Assembly (NCBI GenBank): GCA_021783725.1
Contig: JAJXTN010000004.1
Coordinates: 12,178 to 76,177 of the forward strand
DNA length: 64,000 bases
Source of the DNA: a bacterium
GTDB lineage: Bacteria > Patescibacteriota > Saccharimonadia > Saccharimonadales > UBA4665
Direction of reading: 5' to 3'
In this document: positions 1-8,070 of the stretch, one piece after another
How the letters are laid out: each line of letters begins with the position of its first letter
How positions within the stretch are numbered: position 1 is the stretch's first letter
Notes under the pieces: generated by a model
Told to the model about the DNA's origin: nothing
The model's database searches: none
The model's input: only the letters and a program-made list of their open reading frames with translations
Position numbers and translations under genes: made by a program

Positions 1-989
1 CGACCGTCTGGACGAACACCGTCTTTAACGATACCTTTGCGAACGTCTTTGTGGACTGCCAGCTGGAAAGCTTCATCGTACTCAGCTTTAGCCCCAACAT
101 ATTCTTCACCAATCTTATCGGCGAAAGCGGTGTGCATTTGATCTCGTAAATTCTGGATTAAAGCGTTGCGCTCTGGATATGGAAGTCGCAAGTCTTCGCC
201 GAGTTGACCTTCCAGCCACTCATCGACAGCTTTCTGGACAGCCGGGTCGGGCAAATCAAGTTCGTATTCTTGCTTGGTAACGCCGATTTTCTTAACCAAC
301 TGTTCCTGGAGTGTAATCGCTGGTTGCATAGCTTTGAAAGCATAGTCGATGGCTTCAATGACTTGAGCCTCAGTAACTTCATTAGCTCCAGCCTCAACCA
401 TCATGACACCGTCTTTAGTGCCAGCGACAACGAGGTCGAGCGCACCTTCATCAAGCTGTTCAGCCGATGCGAAAGCCGTGTACTTACCGTCTACTAAGCC
501 AACACGCAGGCCGGCAACTGGCCCTTCGTAAGGAGCACCGGTTAGCATCAAAGCCGAGCTTAAGGCAATCATCGCTACCATATCAGGTCGAAATGCCGGA
601 TCCATGCTCAGGACTGTAGCCACGGCCTGAACTTCGTGTCGATAACCTTTAGGCCACAACGGACGAATTGGGCGGTCAATCAATCGACCAATCAAGATAG
701 CATCATCACTCGGACGACCTTCACGTTTGATGAAACGGCTGCCACTAACCTTGCCGGCGGCGTACATTTTCTCTTCATAATCAATACTTAGTGGGAAATA
801 GTCCATGCCAGAAATGCGGTTCGGGCTGACCATGGCTGTACCGAGCACGACTGTATCGCCGTAACGGGCGATGACTGAAGCTGAGGTCCTGAAACCAACT
901 CGACCAACTTCCAGGCTAAGCGTTCGACCGCATAGCTCAGTTTCGACTTTAATAATTTCTTTACCTAATGGATTGATAGTTTGTCCCAT
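1..989 (-). CDS. pnp: polyribonucleotide nucleotidyltransferase (PNPase), N-terminal part; the 3' end runs off the window
   Basis: Not in the ORF track because it is open at the window edge. Manual minus-strand translation from the ATG at 987-989 gives MGQTINPLGKEIIKVETELCGRTLSLEVGRVGFRTSASVIARYGDTVVLGTAMVS...DYFPLSIDYEEKMYAAGKVSGSRFIKREGRPSD, which is the PNPase RNase-PH domain 1. The gene order is the classic rpsO-pnp. Confidence 0.9.
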   Translation of the reverse strand, partial: MGQTINPLGKEIIKVETELCGRTLSLEVGRVGFRTSASVIARYGDTVVLGTAMVSPNRISGMDYFPLSIDYEEKMYAAGKVSGSRFIKREGRPSDDAILIGRLIDRPIRPLWPKGYRHEVQAVATVLSMDPAFRPDMVAMIALSSALMLTGAPYEGPVAGLRVGLVDGKYTAFASAEQLDEGALDLVVAGTKDGVMMVEAGANEVTEAQVIEAIDYAFKAMQPAITLQEQLVKKIGVTKQEYELDLPDPAVQKAVDEWLEGQLGEDLRLPYPERNALIQNLRDQMHTAFADKIGEEYVGAKAEYDEAFQLAVHKDVRKGIVKDGVRPDG

Positions 990-1255
990 ATGAAGGTACC
1001 TTTCTGTATCTAGAGTTATCTCGCCAGGGTTCAAATATATGGCGCTCCCCTTGTGCTAAATAAGGGTGCTATATATCTGCGTCTCTACCGAGATAGACTT
1101 CTAAGATGTTTAATGTGCACAAGCTTCGTCTATCGATTTTCGATAGACGTTGTCTATGCGCAAAAGGGGTTTTCAGAAATAGTGCAGTTTGTGCCATTAC
1201 GATGAGCATCGGAGCGCAAAGTTTGGTGCAAAATGTGCATTTCTGGGAACCCTCC

Positions 1256-1528
1256 CTAGCGGCGGATGCCGAGTTTCTTGATTAGGTCTAGGTAAGCTTG
1301 GCTATCACGTTCAGCAATATAAGCCAGCAAGCGTCGGCGCTTACCGACCATCTGCAATAGACCGCGTCGAGCGGCAAAGTCATGCTTGTTAATCTTCAGA
1401 TGTTCAGTCAATTCTTTGATGCGTTCAGTCAGAACAGCTACCTGGGCACTAGAGCCACCGGTGTCTTTAGCGTGGGCCTGCGCGCTTTTAATGGCGGCGG
1501 TTTTCTTCTCGGTTGTAATCATGTTCAA
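1256..1528 (-). CDS. rpsO: 30S ribosomal protein S15
   Basis: 90 aa. The motif ...VAVLTERIKELTEHLKINKHDFAARRGLLQMVGKRRRLLAYI... is typical S15, and the gene lies upstream of pnp. Confidence 0.95.
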   Translation of the reverse strand: MNMITTEKKTAAIKSAQAHAKDTGGSSAQVAVLTERIKELTEHLKINKHDFAARRGLLQMVGKRRRLLAYIAERDSQAYLDLIKKLGIRR

Positions 1529-1598
1529 GTATTTTATCAGATACCGACCCCTTATGCAAGTCCTAAATATCTAAAATGTATTCAAGTGCTTTGAATGT

Positions 1599-1886
1599 TT
1601 AAGCCCGGTGGCGAAAGCTACTAGGCAAGGGACCGGTGTTGGGCTTTCGGTCAGATCGATATCCGACCTCTACGGTTTGAAGGGTGCTAGATTGACCGGT
1701 CCTGGGTGCTGGAATATCTGGACTTAAGCCGGTGGCTAATATTACGGCCATGCCAGCCATACCAAGAGCGACAACCCTAGAAGCAAAACCATCGGCGACC
1801 GCCGGCATTTGATCCATAACTTGTTTGCTGGGTTGTCCAGTCATTAAGTCAATTACTTCAAATTGCCTTCTGTCACTCATGTGCAA
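1599..1886 (-). CDS. hypothetical small protein (one hydrophobic segment)
   Basis: The ORF abuts the truB stop codon. I recognise no family. The region may instead be a non-coding rpsO upstream region. Confidence 0.25.
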   Translation of the reverse strand: MHMSDRRQFEVIDLMTGQPSKQVMDQMPAVADGFASRVVALGMAGMAVILATGLSPDIPAPRTGQSSTLQTVEVGYRSDRKPNTGPLPSSFRHRA

Positions 1887-2753
1887 TTATTGTAGACTAG
1901 TCTGTAAATTTTTGGCAATCATGTCAGCATCTAATTTGTCGGTACCAATAGCCTCATCGATGAGATACTTACCTACTCGGATTCGTCGCAATTCAACAGT
2001 ATATGCACCAGTATTAAGTATTTTACCGATGTCTTCTACTAGCGTGCGGATATAAGTACCAGATGACACGTCAACCGTGAACTTCACCTCTGGATAGTTG
2101 TAGTCGTTAATCTGTAAGCTGTTAATTGATACCGTTCGCGGTTCGATTACTACTTGCTTACCTTCTCTGGCTAGTTTGTAGGCGCGTTGGCCATCAATCT
2201 TGATAGCCGAATAGGCTGGTGGCACCTGCTGAATAGCCCCCTTGAACTGTTTGGTTGCTTTTTCTACCTCATCTCGGGTGGGAATGACTATGTCATCTCG
2301 AGCTTGTCGAGAGATCTGTTCGGATTTACTATAGATCTCTCCACTCTGGTCGAGATGACGAGGCGCAAGTTCTGCATGACTAATAAAATCTGTGATTTCA
2401 CCTTCTGGGTCGCCAGTGGTGCTAGTTTTACCTAAACGCATGGTTACTTCGTAAGTTTTGTTTAGTTTCGATAGTTCGCCGGCTCGTTTGGTATAGTCTT
2501 TGCCTATTAAAAGTACTAATAATCCGGTAGCAAATGGATCAAGCGTGCCAGTGTGGCCGACTTTTACCTTCGGTAAACGAGTTGAAAGTTTGAAAGTTTC
2601 CCAGTCTAAGGTTATCTCGGCTTTTTCGCTTTTAGCTTTACGAACTTGATAACTTTCAACTACAGCGGCTTGTCGCGCAATCTGGCGTACGTAATTAACC
2701 ACGTCGAAACTTGTCCAACCGGCCGGTTTATCAACTAATAGCAGTCCTTGCAT
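1887..2753 (-). CDS. truB: tRNA pseudouridine(55) synthase TruB
   Basis: Motifs LLLVDKPAGWTSFDVV, GHTGTLDPFATGLL and QVPPAYSAIKIDGQRAY. I prefer the ATG at 2753 (MQGLLLVDKP) over the TTG at 2819 used in the track. The gene carries two repeat-derived in-frame inserts (see findings). Confidence 0.9.
   Translation of the reverse strand: MQGLLLVDKPAGWTSFDVVNYVRQIARQAAVVESYQVRKAKSEKAEITLDWETFKLSTRLPKVKVGHTGTLDPFATGLLVLLIGKDYTKRAGELSKLNKTYEVTMRLGKTSTTGDPEGEITDFISHAELAPRHLDQSGEIYSKSEQISRQARDDIVIPTRDEVEKATKQFKGAIQQVPPAYSAIKIDGQRAYKLAREGKQVVIEPRTVSINSLQINDYNYPEVKFTVDVSSGTYIRTLVEDIGKILNTGAYTVELRRIRVGKYLIDEAIGTDKLDADMIAKNLQTSLQ
2292..2359. repeat. GTCAT...ATGAC double-hairpin element embedded in the truB coding sequence
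   Basis: GTCATCTCGAGCTTGTCGAGAGATC-17 nt-GATCTCTCCACTCTGGTCGAGATGAC. The first hairpin is 25/25 identical to the reverse complement of 22258-22282. Confidence 0.85.
2580..2661. repeat. 82-nt segment bounded by a perfect 11-nt inverted repeat (AGTTGAAAGTT / AACTTTCAACT) inside truB
   Basis: Read directly from the sequence. It coincides with the first extra peptide of TruB (VESYQVRKAKSEKAEITLDWETFKLST). Confidence 0.7.
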
Positions 2754-2863
2754 AAAATTAAGTTTAACCCAAGAGGGCAAAAAGACAGACGCGACGGGCA
2801 AAAAGACAGCATTTAGCAATTTGCAAATTGCTCATTGCTAATCGTAGTTTGTCACCTGTTGTT

Positions 2864-4459
2864 TTAGGCGCTGGGCGGTCGAAACTGAAACGGAATCGGT
2901 GGTGGCACTGGTGGTGGCGCATTAGGATCATTGACTTCTGGCGGTGGAATCGTTGGCTCAGTGTTATGCAGTATATCGCCTAGTGGTTGAGCGTTTAGAG
3001 CTTGGATTGGTTCAGGGGTGCTACTAGGTACTGAATTTAGGGCTTGATTTACTTGATCTCTGGCGTCTTCTAAGTTGGCTTCGGCCGCCACATGTGGACT
3101 GTGCACTGATTCTTCTAAATCGGTTAGTGTTTCGTCGGAAGTATCATCGGCTAAGATTTTCAAACCGCTAGTGTCACCAATTGGGGCCGCCCAAGCTGGT
3201 GGTGGCGGTGAGAAGTCCGGCATTGCTGGCATTGGTGGCAATGGCTTGTCGGCTGGAGATGCTGTAAGAGGTTCCGGCGATTGGTCTGATGAAGTTGTAG
3301 CCGGTGGCTGTATCGATTCGGCCTGATCGGTACTAGGCATCGACTGCGACGGACTGTGGTCCAACATTTTACCTTGCGGTGCATAACCCATACTTAATGG
3401 GTCAACGGCGGGGTCGAGCCCTTCGGGCTGAGAATTAGCCGTCAATACCCCGCCCATGGTTGGCGCTGAAGTCATCAATCTTGAGCCGGGCGAAAGATTC
3501 TCGGAAGCCGGTTCGTCGGATTGCTCGGGCGGTTTCGATTCATCCAAACTCGGTAGTTTCAAATCTGGCAATTGATCCATTAGCGAAGGGTTGGATGGAA
3601 TCTCCGTGGCATTAGAATTATGACTTATGGCAAGGGTGCCGTCATCGGACTTAGTCGAACTATCATTGAGCGTTACTAGATCTTGCGATTCGTCGGTCGA
3701 TACGATTGACAAGCTACCCGATTCTTCGAGCTTAGTCGCAACCAATTGCTGATTAGCCCCGGCGGTCATTAAGGTCGCACTAACACTCATAGTCTGCGAA
3801 CTGGTCTTCTGATTACTGAACCGATTGGTTTCAGCCACAATACCAGTCAGTAAAGCGGTAGCAATTTGGGCATCAATCAAATTAGCGCCTAATTTACTAG
3901 CTAGGTCAGCCACAAGTTCGCCTAGGCTACTAGCTTGAGCGTCTGTCCAATTAAGACTACCTAACTCACCGCCTGTGACAGTGTTGATGCTGATGACTGT
4001 GGCATCATGAAGAATTCGCCCATGAGTGGTGATTGCCTCATCAAGATCCTCTTGTTTTAGTACACCCAAAGCAACAACAGCATCGACATTAAAATCACCT
4101 TGGCTAAAATCTAAATCATCTTGGGTGATTGATGTTCTATAAGGAGTAATGAATATTCTGACGACATTATCTTCAACTTTATAGCGCAGTTTGTCGGCTT
4201 TGGACTTATCTAGGGCAATTATGAAATCGCGCAATGAATCGGTGTTCTTCTCTAAAGTATCGCTCGGCTGGAGAAATTCAATCGTCGACGGTACTTGGCC
4301 ACTAAAAACAGCGGCCGTATGTTTGCCTAGCTTATTCAATAACAGAGTTAGTCCGATACAAGCCGACAGTTGGTCGACCGACGGGTTGCGACTAACCGTC
4401 ACCAATATATTATTGGCGGTCTTGAGTTTATCAGCAATCTCAGTTTTTACATTTTCCAT
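2864..4459 (-). CDS. DHH/NrnA-like phosphoesterase-fold protein with degenerate catalytic motifs and a long Pro/Ser-rich tail
   Basis: The N-terminal ~250 aa align in pattern with NrnA-type DHH proteins (ILVTVSRNPSVDQLSACIGLTLLL..., ...SSLGELVADL). The DGD and DHH positions read SVD and SIN. The C-terminal ~280 aa are low complexity. The position next to truB is typical for nrnA. Confidence 0.6.
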   Translation of the reverse strand: MENVKTEIADKLKTANNILVTVSRNPSVDQLSACIGLTLLLNKLGKHTAAVFSGQVPSTIEFLQPSDTLEKNTDSLRDFIIALDKSKADKLRYKVEDNVVRIFITPYRTSITQDDLDFSQGDFNVDAVVALGVLKQEDLDEAITTHGRILHDATVISINTVTGGELGSLNWTDAQASSLGELVADLASKLGANLIDAQIATALLTGIVAETNRFSNQKTSSQTMSVSATLMTAGANQQLVATKLEESGSLSIVSTDESQDLVTLNDSSTKSDDGTLAISHNSNATEIPSNPSLMDQLPDLKLPSLDESKPPEQSDEPASENLSPGSRLMTSAPTMGGVLTANSQPEGLDPAVDPLSMGYAPQGKMLDHSPSQSMPSTDQAESIQPPATTSSDQSPEPLTASPADKPLPPMPAMPDFSPPPPAWAAPIGDTSGLKILADDTSDETLTDLEESVHSPHVAAEANLEDARDQVNQALNSVPSSTPEPIQALNAQPLGDILHNTEPTIPPPEVNDPNAPPPVPPPIPFQFRPPSA

Positions 4460-4659
4460 AAAGATTTTTGTTTAGGCTTATCTTCTGACAATGTATCATA
4501 AACGCTCATGTTTAGCAATCTTCGATACTTCTATTAGAATCAGGTATTGGCCTAACAGCCTTCAAGCTAATGTATGCCGACCTTGGCCCTGGCTTTACAA
4601 AGCTAAATCACCCCTGTATAGTTGGTACCAATAATCATTAGTTATAAGCAAGGAAATAT

Positions 4660-5004
4660 ATGCCGATTATCAAATCAGCTAAAAAGCGCGTCAAAACAGC
4701 TCGAAAAGCTACTACTCGTAACAGCAAAACTAAGCGTAGTCTAAAAAGTGCATTCAAGCTTTTCACTAAAAGCCCTAGCGCTAAAACCCACAGTGCCGCC
4801 CAGAGCAACCTCGACAAAGCCGTCAAGAAAGGTCTAATTCACAAGAACAAAGCCGCTCGCCTCAAGAAACAAGCTTCGGCTAAAGCTAAGTCGGCTGGTG
4901 TCAAACACACCGCTGTCAAAAAAGCCGTTCCCGCAAAAGCTACACCTAAAAAAGTTGTCGCCAAGAAACCTGTCGCTAAGAAGACCACTGCTAAGAAAAA
5001 ATAG
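4660..5004 (+). CDS. rpsT: 30S ribosomal protein S20 with a Lys/Ala/Pro-rich C-terminal extension
   Basis: MPIIKSAKKRVKTARKATTRNSKTKRSLKSAFK is the S20 N-terminus. There is a Shine-Dalgarno-like AAGGAAA upstream. Confidence 0.9.
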   Translation: MPIIKSAKKRVKTARKATTRNSKTKRSLKSAFKLFTKSPSAKTHSAAQSNLDKAVKKGLIHKNKAARLKKQASAKAKSAGVKHTAVKKAVPAKATPKKVVAKKPVAKKTTAKKK

Positions 5005-5018
5005 TCTGTTAGTTGGAT

Positions 5019-5093
5019 AGTTAAATAGTGAGATAGTAAACCGCAGAAATGCTGGCGTACTATACGACTATAAAACTATCCCACTATTTAACT
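5019..5093. terminator. long inverted repeat between convergent rpsT and holA (candidate bidirectional terminator)
   Basis: AGTTAAATAGTGAGATAGT (5019-5037) pairs with ACTATCCCACTATTTAACT (5075-5093), matching 18 of 19 positions. Confidence 0.45.
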
Positions 5094-5108
5094 AATTATT
5101 TATTAAAG

Positions 5109-6038
5109 CTATTTTATTGATAGCTTTAATAAATAATTCTGCAAAGCTTCGTCACTGTCGATGTTTGAACTCTTAGAAGCAATATCGATAGCTAGTAGGT
5201 CGGCGATCAATTTTTTGAGCTGTCCGAGAGTTAATTGGGCGGCGACTGATTGACTTTTGCGGACTACAAAAGGATTTAACTTGGCATCGCTAGCGATTTG
5301 GTCAGCGCTAATATCACCGGCCGTTTTGATAATCGCTAAAATATGCAACTGCCAGGCCAGCATGGCTATAATTTGCGGAGTCTCAACTTTCAGAGCCCGC
5401 TGTTCTGAGTAGAGCTGGATGGCTTTCTTGGACTGGCCATTGAAAGCCGCTTCCAATAATTGGAAGATAGTACTCTGGGGTGTTTCGTCTACCAGCAAAT
5501 CGATAGTCCTACGAGTAACTTTCTCATCATATAACAGTAGTTTTTCGAGTTCATTACCAAGTAACTGCTGATTTAGACCAACCCGGTCGGCCAGATATCT
5601 AGCATCATTTAGATTCAGTTCCCCGCCCTTGGTTTTTGCTTGAGCAACCAACCACTGACTTAACCCATTAATATCTAACTCTTTATACTCTCGATAATTG
5701 GTTTTTGATTTTAGATACTTATAATAACTTAGTCGTTTATCAAGCTTAGTTTCAATAATGACGACGTCGTTAGTTTCGGGTAAGTTGGTCAATATTTGTT
5801 CAGCTCGGTCGGCAAATGACTTATTTTTACTCGGCGACCTTAGAATGACCAATTTTTTAGTTGATAGGAATGGTAAGCTGTTCAGCGCTTCTTCTATTTT
5901 CTCAATATCGGCTTCTTCGCCATCAATTCGTTCCAGAGCTAGATCACCATGCTCCTCAACGAATTTAGCAACCAGCTCATTTAGAGCAATTTGCCAACCA
6001 AAGCTATTGTCGCCGGCCAATGTAATAATCATGTTCAC
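5109..6038 (-). CDS. holA: DNA polymerase III subunit delta
   Basis: 309 aa. The N-terminus ...LERIDGEEADIEKIEEALNSLPFLSTKKLVILRSP... is typical of HolA, and the gene is adjacent to rpsT as in many Gram-positives. Confidence 0.8.
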   Translation of the reverse strand: MNMIITLAGDNSFGWQIALNELVAKFVEEHGDLALERIDGEEADIEKIEEALNSLPFLSTKKLVILRSPSKNKSFADRAEQILTNLPETNDVVIIETKLDKRLSYYKYLKSKTNYREYKELDINGLSQWLVAQAKTKGGELNLNDARYLADRVGLNQQLLGNELEKLLLYDEKVTRRTIDLLVDETPQSTIFQLLEAAFNGQSKKAIQLYSEQRALKVETPQIIAMLAWQLHILAIIKTAGDISADQIASDAKLNPFVVRKSQSVAAQLTLGQLKKLIADLLAIDIASKSSNIDSDEALQNYLLKLSIK

Positions 6039-6161
6039 CTATTGTAGCAATCAATTAATATCAATTCGCTATTTCACAATCATTCATTATTATTTCCAGT
6101 TATCAATTAACCTCCCCGTAGTAAGCGCTAGCCATCCAGCCCCTTTTCATCCCAAGGCCAG

Positions 6162-6252
6162 GTCATCCCAGGCTTGACCTGGGATCTAATCGGTTATGGC
6201 GTCCTACGATCCAGCTACATAATATTAGATTCCAGATCAAGTCTGGAATGAC
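6162..6252. repeat. GTCAT...ATGAC double-hairpin element (copy A), followed by two further GTCTGGA(A)ATGAC half-units to 6293
   Basis: GTCATCCCAGGCTTGACCTGGGATC ... AGATTCCAGATCAAGTCTGGAATGAC. It is the inverted counterpart of 55226-55318. Confidence 0.85.
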
Positions 6253-6309
6253 GACGGACGTCTGGAAATGACGTAGAAGAGTCTGGAATGACAGGGAGAA
6301 TTAATTATT

Positions 6310-7191
6310 CTACGCAGTTAATCTGTGTTTTTGGCATTTGGGGCACAAGTGGGTACCCCGACCAGCGACTCGAGTTTTGACTATAACCGTCCCGCAGCGC
6401 GGACAAGACTGACCTTCCCGTCGAAACACTCTAGCAAAGTCCATATAACTACCCTTTTTACCTTCAGCATTAACGTAATTACGATCGGTCGAACCACCTT
6501 TTTCAATCGCCAAACGTAGTACGAATGTTAGTTCATCGTATAGTTTATGGATTTGATTGGGCTTCAAATCATTAACTATTGTAAGCGGGTGAATTTTTGC
6601 ACCCCACAAAGATTCATCGGCATATATATTACCAACGCCGGCCACGACGGTTTGGTCTAGTATGACAGCCTTGATATTACTCTTGGGACGTCGGAGTAAC
6701 CTTGTTTGTAAAGCTTTCCAGTCGAAACCATCAGCCAGCGGTTCAGGACCTAATTTTTTCATAAAATCCAAATCATCAACTTCTAAGGTTGGCAGTAGTC
6801 GCATCCAACCAAATTTACGTTGATCGTTAAAGAACAGCTGGCTAGAATCGACAAAATTGATTATTACTCGAGTGGATTTATCGGGTAACTTACCGATTAA
6901 TGAATCATTAGGATGACCGGCACCAAATCTTTGCTGTTGGCTACGAAACACCAATTGACCGGTCATTTTCAAATGTACTACTAGTGAATAATCGCTATCG
7001 AGATTAATGATTAGCGCTTTGCCGCGCCTTTTTATATCAATCACTTGGGCGCCAATCACAAAATTATCAACATCATGAACGGCATTGGGGAATGACTTGG
7101 CCCAATCATGACTAACGCTGGCGATTTGGCGCTTTGGCAATAAGCTCAATAAACCTATGCGCACAGTTTCAACCTCGGGTAGCTCTGGCAT
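6310..7191 (-). CDS. mutM: formamidopyrimidine-DNA glycosylase
   Basis: The N-terminus is MPELPEVETVR and the C-terminus has the zinc finger CPRCG...CPKCQ. Confidence 0.92.
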   Translation of the reverse strand: MPELPEVETVRIGLLSLLPKRQIASVSHDWAKSFPNAVHDVDNFVIGAQVIDIKRRGKALIINLDSDYSLVVHLKMTGQLVFRSQQQRFGAGHPNDSLIGKLPDKSTRVIINFVDSSQLFFNDQRKFGWMRLLPTLEVDDLDFMKKLGPEPLADGFDWKALQTRLLRRPKSNIKAVILDQTVVAGVGNIYADESLWGAKIHPLTIVNDLKPNQIHKLYDELTFVLRLAIEKGGSTDRNYVNAEGKKGSYMDFARVFRREGQSCPRCGTVIVKTRVAGRGTHLCPKCQKHRLTA

Positions 7192-7242
7192 GAATCTATT
7201 CTAACAAGAATAAGTCTTATCACGACAGGCTATACTAGGTGA

Positions 7243-7479
7243 ATGGATAGTCTGCAACAAATAATCGGCGACCGCTTGCCCGCCCAACCACCAGAGGTCA
7301 AAATCATCAAACAATATGTAAAAGTCGAGTTCAACAGCGACGTTGAAGTGATGGTCCGTGATAAAGACATTGTTATTAGCATGAACAGTGCAGCTTTGGC
7401 CAATAGCCTGCGGTTGCGTGGTCAAAAAATTAAGGCTTTGTGTCAAACCGACAAACGATTAACTTTTCGACTCAGCTAA
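7243..7479 (+). CDS. small DUF721/DciA-like protein (tentative)
   Basis: The pattern ...VMVRDKDIVISMNSAALANSLRLRGQKIKALCQTDKRLTFRL resembles the DUF721 signature. It competes with an antisense 81-aa ORF that has no recognisable features. Confidence 0.4.
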   Translation: MDSLQQIIGDRLPAQPPEVKIIKQYVKVEFNSDVEVMVRDKDIVISMNSAALANSLRLRGQKIKALCQTDKRLTFRLS

Positions 7480-8037
7480 AAGCCGGTTAATATCGCTGAT
7501 AGCTTGTTCGGTACTACTAAAACGGACGGCTTTCATGCCAATATCGGTTGCGCCGATGCAGTAACGTTCTTGGTCATCCACAAACAAACAATCCTCAACA
7601 TCAACTCCCAAACGCTCGGCGATGACTTTATAAGCTTCCGGTTGAGGCTTAATATATCCCGATTCATAGGACAGAGCTACTGCATCAAATAAAGCTACTT
7701 GTTCTGGATTAAACATTTCACTTAGCCAGTTCTCGGCGGCATTACTGAGCATGCCGATTTTATATGTTGGCTTCAGAGTCTTTATGTAATTAAACAATTG
7801 GCTATCGGCGACGTGATCCTCAATTTGACGGTGGGCGTCATTGTTTGTCACACCGGCCAACGTAGCGACAGCTTCGATAAAATCATGATAACTTATTAAT
7901 CCAGCGTCGGATTGTTTGTTGAGATCAGTAGCGTCCTGTAGTAATTGTTTATCGTGGCCGAAGTATTTTGATTTAAATGGCAGCCAGCCATCACTAGTTA
8001 GCACACCGAAACAATCAAACACCACGGCTTTAATCAT
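7459..8037 (-). CDS. HAD-superfamily hydrolase
   Basis: Motif I is VVFDCFGVLT, followed by ...MLSNA... and ...LFVDDQERY. Confidence 0.8.
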   Translation of the reverse strand: MIKAVVFDCFGVLTSDGWLPFKSKYFGHDKQLLQDATDLNKQSDAGLISYHDFIEAVATLAGVTNNDAHRQIEDHVADSQLFNYIKTLKPTYKIGMLSNAAENWLSEMFNPEQVALFDAVALSYESGYIKPQPEAYKVIAERLGVDVEDCLFVDDQERYCIGATDIGMKAVRFSSTEQAISDINRLLAESKS

Positions 8038-8070
8038 ATATATATTATAGCCGTTCTAGTTAACCAATAG

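Noticed and set aside
1529-1886. A relatively GC-rich stretch, considered as an RNA gene (RNase P RNA, SRP RNA or tmRNA).
   Set aside because: I could not find the GAGGAAAGUCC / ACAGAACCCGGCUUA (RNase P), GGAAGCAGC (SRP) or tRNA-like tmRNA end motifs on either strand. It is left as a low-confidence ORF.
6160-6293. Possible CRISPR array, because of closely spaced repeats (also at 55125-55318).
   Set aside because: The units are palindromic hairpins of differing sequence arranged as inverted pairs. There are no uniform repeat-spacer periodicity and no cas genes in the window.
7201-7446. 81-aa minus-strand ORF.
   Set aside because: It overlaps the plus-strand 78-aa ORF, which shows a DUF721-like pattern. 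The minus-strand ORF has no features. Both calls remain low confidence.
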